From an uncultured Gammaproteobacteria bacterium (GTDB taxonomy: Bacteria > Patescibacteriota > Microgenomatia > UBA12405 > JAHJSD01): a DNA stretch of 64,000 bases. Of the stretch, positions 60,957-64,000 are shown in pieces (positions within the stretch are counted from its first letter, which is position 1; every line of letters starts with the position of its first letter). The DNA lies in contig CAYRYE010000002.1 of the NCBI GenBank assembly GCA_964428655.1, positions 2,251-66,250 of the forward strand, read 5' to 3'. The notes under the pieces were generated by a model that was given only the letters and a program-made list of their open reading frames with translations, did not search any database and was not told where the DNA came from. Both the position numbers and the translations under genes were made by a program.

Positions 60957-61643
60957 TTACAAAGCCATCAAGGTGCCTAATAAAACCATTATCCCCCCAC
61001 CAAGCAATGAAATCAATAATGGAGTCTCAATTCCTGTTTCCGGTAGCTGACTGGGGGTTGCAGTGGGCTCTCCCGGAACACTCGTGGGAGCAGTTGTGGG
61101 AGCAGTTGTAGGAACAGTTGTAGGCTCACCAGCGCCGCTACCAATAGTATAAGTTCCAGAGCCATTAGCAGCACAATCAATCAAGTCATTGCCCTGAGCA
61201 TCCCAAATCGCCGAGTCACTATCATTACCAGACTGGCAAAGAAAAGAAACGGAAGCAGGTCCTTCGGCGATTGCCTTAAAAGTAATCGTAGCTAAAGTAC
61301 CAACTTCGCTTTTAGTTTGAAGCGCTTGAGTTGAAAAGGAGTAAATAGTCATTCGGCCGTTATCATTCTCAATATTATAATCAAAACCACTAAAGTATCC
61401 TCCATCAGCAACTTGTTTTACCTCCAGCCTGCTATTATCAAAATTAATCAATGCATCAGCAGCCATCGCTTCTTTGTTGCCAGGATCAATCTCTACCAGC
61501 ACATCAAACTCACTACTATTAGCGGGACTACTTGATGATGGATCAAGATAAAGTCTTGGGCCGGCCCCAGCTCGAATTGGACCGACAAATAAGGCCAAGA
61601 ACAAAAAAAGACCGCCTAAACAAACAATTCTTTTTTTAATCAT
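60957..61643 (-). CDS. cohesin-domain surface protein with LPETG + C-terminal TM
   Basis: Signal peptide; AADALINFD...LATITFKA; PTT repeats; LPETG followed by a hydrophobic segment. Confidence 0.8.
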   Translation of the reverse strand: MIKKRIVCLGGLFLFLALFVGPIRAGAGPRLYLDPSSSSPANSSEFDVLVEIDPGNKEAMAADALINFDNSRLEVKQVADGGYFSGFDYNIENDNGRMTIYSFSTQALQTKSEVGTLATITFKAIAEGPASVSFLCQSGNDSDSAIWDAQGNDLIDCAANGSGTYTIGSGAGEPTTVPTTAPTTAPTSVPGEPTATPSQLPETGIETPLLISLLGGGIMVLLGTLMAL

Positions 61644-61649
61644 TATTAT

Positions 61650-62234
61650 TTACTCAACAGTGATAGTAAAATCCTCAGTCAAAAAGAGTACTTTTTCTGC
61701 TGTTGTATTTTCAGCTAAAACTGTTCCCGCTTCGCCCTCTCCGCCAATAATTTTCAAGCCAGTCCTGCCTGGCTGTTTGGCTGAGTATTGAATAGTAACT
61801 AAATTCACTTCATCCCCCGCCTCAAAACTAATTCCCTCGGGTAATTCAGTCTCGAGCAAAGAAACTAAAACCCGCTTTTTCTCTGGCTCAATCCAGTTTC
61901 TAGCCACATAAGAAAACCTATCAGAGGGGATAATTCCAAGAACTTCCAAATAGTCAGGGTCATACTCAATTAAAATATCAACCCCGTCTAGAGAAACATT
62001 CTTAAAAGGAGTCATAATTACACTTACCTCAGACTCTTCATTGATTTTTACGGCCTCTTCTCCCGAAAAGGTAATCAATGCCTCCTTTTCTTCCTCGAGG
62101 ATTGCCGGAACTGTTGTTTCAGTAGATAAATCTTCCGAAGTTCTCTTAGTTATTTTCTGAACAATTAAAACACTCTCCAAAATAACCAAAATTGCCAAAA
62201 CAGGAATTAACCACTTTACTTTTTTAAAATTCAT
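61650..62234 (-). CDS. cohesin-domain membrane protein
   Basis: N-terminal TM; LDGVDILIEYDP..LEV...LVTIQY.AK.PG. Confidence 0.75.
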   Translation of the reverse strand: MNFKKVKWLIPVLAILVILESVLIVQKITKRTSEDLSTETTVPAILEEEKEALITFSGEEAVKINEESEVSVIMTPFKNVSLDGVDILIEYDPDYLEVLGIIPSDRFSYVARNWIEPEKKRVLVSLLETELPEGISFEAGDEVNLVTIQYSAKQPGRTGLKIIGGEGEAGTVLAENTTAEKVLFLTEDFTITVE

Positions 62235-62303
62235 TTTACCTCCCTAATAACTTTCTATAATTGTAGAACTATTTAAACATATAATTATCAAGATATGCAA
62301 GCA

Positions 62304-63461
62304 TTAAATTTCCTCTTCATATTTGGTGCTGAGTGTAGCCAAGAGAAAGACAATATCTTGCGGATTAACTACACCGTTGAAATTAAGATCCTCTTTTAAC
62401 CCCTCACCCCTGGTTCCCAAAGCTTGTTTTAATTGAGAAAAGTCGGTGCTGTCTACTACCCCATCTTGGTTTATATCCCCTGGCTCTAGTTCTAAACCTG
62501 TCCAATCATAGTTATTTTCTCCCGGACCAAACTCTACACCCTCTTCACTTAACCAGCAACGTTCTTTTTGCTCATCATAGCAAAATTTCCTGGCCAGGTG
62601 CACTGGACCTTTAATTAAAACGGCATAATTCTTTCCAATAGGAACACCAATTAACTCAAGATTGCCAGTACCAACTGCATTTTCATCAAAGGTTACCAGC
62701 ACATCTTTGAACTCCTCCCTGAAATCTCCCTTCTTAACAACAATCACAACTTTTTGATCAGGAATATCGCTAACTGTTACCTGTTCCTCACCAACCCTAT
62801 AACTAGTTCCCACCAGTTTAATTTTGAAAGTTAACTCTGGCCAATCCCCTAGTCCTTCGGTTGGAGTAATTTCTCCAGTCGGAGTCACCTGTGTTGGTTC
62901 CTCTTCTACCACCTCCACAGAGGCTGGAGTAAAACTATCCAAACTCAAAGTTCTATCAATGTTACCTTCTTGACCCCTGGAACCAACAATTCTATACTCG
63001 CCCACTCGATCAACACTACTCGAGCCAATTTGGGCTGCTCCAAAAGTAATCACGGCAAAATCAAACACATCTTGATATAATTGCTCCCTGCTAATTGTAG
63101 AAACTGCAGAAATCCTTAACTCTCCAGTTTGGTTGGCCTGTTCAATTCTAGCCATTCCTTGAAAAAGAGCATCTAACTGAACATCAACCACAGTTAAAAT
63201 TGATTTGTCAAAAGACAAAACTAAATCAACCCCATTAACAAGATAAGCATTATCCCCCTGGCCTGGATTAATATTCACCCTTAAGTTGAAAGTATCACCA
63301 AGGCCTACTTCCCTCTCACTTGGTAAAACTCTGGCTGTGACTCCGCCATAAAAAGCTTTTCTTCTTGTTTCTTGGGATTGTCTAAGCAAAATTAATCCGG
63401 CAACCAAAGCTATTCCTAAAATGATCAAGAAAACAAATTGATTCTTTTTTACCTTTTTCAT
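62304..63461 (-). CDS. TM + cohesin + dockerin protein
   Basis: GVDLVLSFD..IL.V; GDINQDGVVDSTD...EDLNFNGVVNPQD duplicated Ca-binding loops. Confidence 0.85.
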   Translation of the reverse strand: MKKVKKNQFVFLIILGIALVAGLILLRQSQETRRKAFYGGVTARVLPSEREVGLGDTFNLRVNINPGQGDNAYLVNGVDLVLSFDKSILTVVDVQLDALFQGMARIEQANQTGELRISAVSTISREQLYQDVFDFAVITFGAAQIGSSSVDRVGEYRIVGSRGQEGNIDRTLSLDSFTPASVEVVEEEPTQVTPTGEITPTEGLGDWPELTFKIKLVGTSYRVGEEQVTVSDIPDQKVVIVVKKGDFREEFKDVLVTFDENAVGTGNLELIGVPIGKNYAVLIKGPVHLARKFCYDEQKERCWLSEEGVEFGPGENNYDWTGLELEPGDINQDGVVDSTDFSQLKQALGTRGEGLKEDLNFNGVVNPQDIVFLLATLSTKYEEEI

Positions 63462-63497
63462 TCTTTATTTATATTAAGCAAAAAAATTAATTAAAAA

Positions 63498-64000
63498 TCA
63501 ACTTCCAATCCATTCATCATACCAGAAACCGAAATCTTCCAAGCCAACTGTCCCGTCACAACTAAAATCAGCATAAAGATTATCACTTTCCAATATAAAA
63601 TCATCATACCAACCGGCAAAATCTTCTATACCAATTACCCCATCACAATTATAATCAGGAGAAGCTTCAATTCTTCTTCCATCCGGACAAAGTTTGCAAC
63701 CCTCGGGCCCAGTTGGAACACTTGTCGCCGTTGGTTGGCCCGGCGCTGTTGTTGCTGTGGGGCCGCTGGGCGGCTGAGTCGGCTGGCTATCCGAAACACA
63801 AGCACTATAACCATCAGTCCAGTGAGTCCCGCTTGGCGGATAGAGCTGACAATTCAAAGCGCCGGCTGAACCCTCTCTTTTTCCACAACCGGAATTTCCT
63901 GGACAATAAGCAGTAACACATTGAACCGCACAGCCCGGCTTTGTCGCACTCCCGCAGTCGGCATCGCTCCCGCAAACTTGACCAGGCTGAGGTGTTACCG
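63498..64000 (-). CDS. 3' part of a Cys-rich surface protein with a C-terminal dockerin-like domain
   Basis: Frame open to the window edge (VTPQPGQVCGSDADCG...); DYNCDGVIGIEDF...ADFSCDGTVGLEDF. Confidence 0.8.
   Translation of the reverse strand, partial: VTPQPGQVCGSDADCGSATKPGCAVQCVTAYCPGNSGCGKREGSAGALNCQLYPPSGTHWTDGYSACVSDSQPTQPPSGPTATTAPGQPTATSVPTGPEGCKLCPDGRRIEASPDYNCDGVIGIEDFAGWYDDFILESDNLYADFSCDGTVGLEDFGFWYDEWIGS

Overview
AT-rich, gene-dense bacterial chromosome segment whose gene content fits a Patescibacteria/CPR organism, probably Microgenomates (inference). The signs are a large type IV pilin array, no amino-acid biosynthesis genes, archaeal-type TyrRS and ATP-dependent ligase, a shortened RF1, and cohesin/dockerin surface proteins. 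From left to right it contains: a truncated REP-associated (IS200-like) transposase; a 14-gene type IV pilus operon (10 pilins, pilD, pilC, pilT, pilB); holB-Fic-ligase-antiporter-EndoQ; tRNA-Ala; a MacAB-like ABC system; tRNA-Tyr followed by an accessory patch (transglutaminase-like, truncated GT2, queuosine-salvage Qng1); metG; a GH52-like hydrolase; a second Fic; YbaK-TyrRS; gyrBA; xer; tRNA-Leu; vapBC; dnaB; tRNA-His-hisS; translation and replication genes; and a cohesin/dockerin cluster. The best find is an unannotated His-His-His leader peptide with mutually exclusive terminator and antiterminator hairpins directly upstream of tRNA-His and hisS. It looks like a ribosome-mediated attenuator controlling a tRNA gene. 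Other notable items are a C1:G72 tRNA-Tyr paired with an archaeal-type TyrRS fused to an editing domain, REP-like palindromes translated inside core proteins, and a heptamer repeat in the major pilin leader. All calls come from motif recognition by eye; no searches were run.
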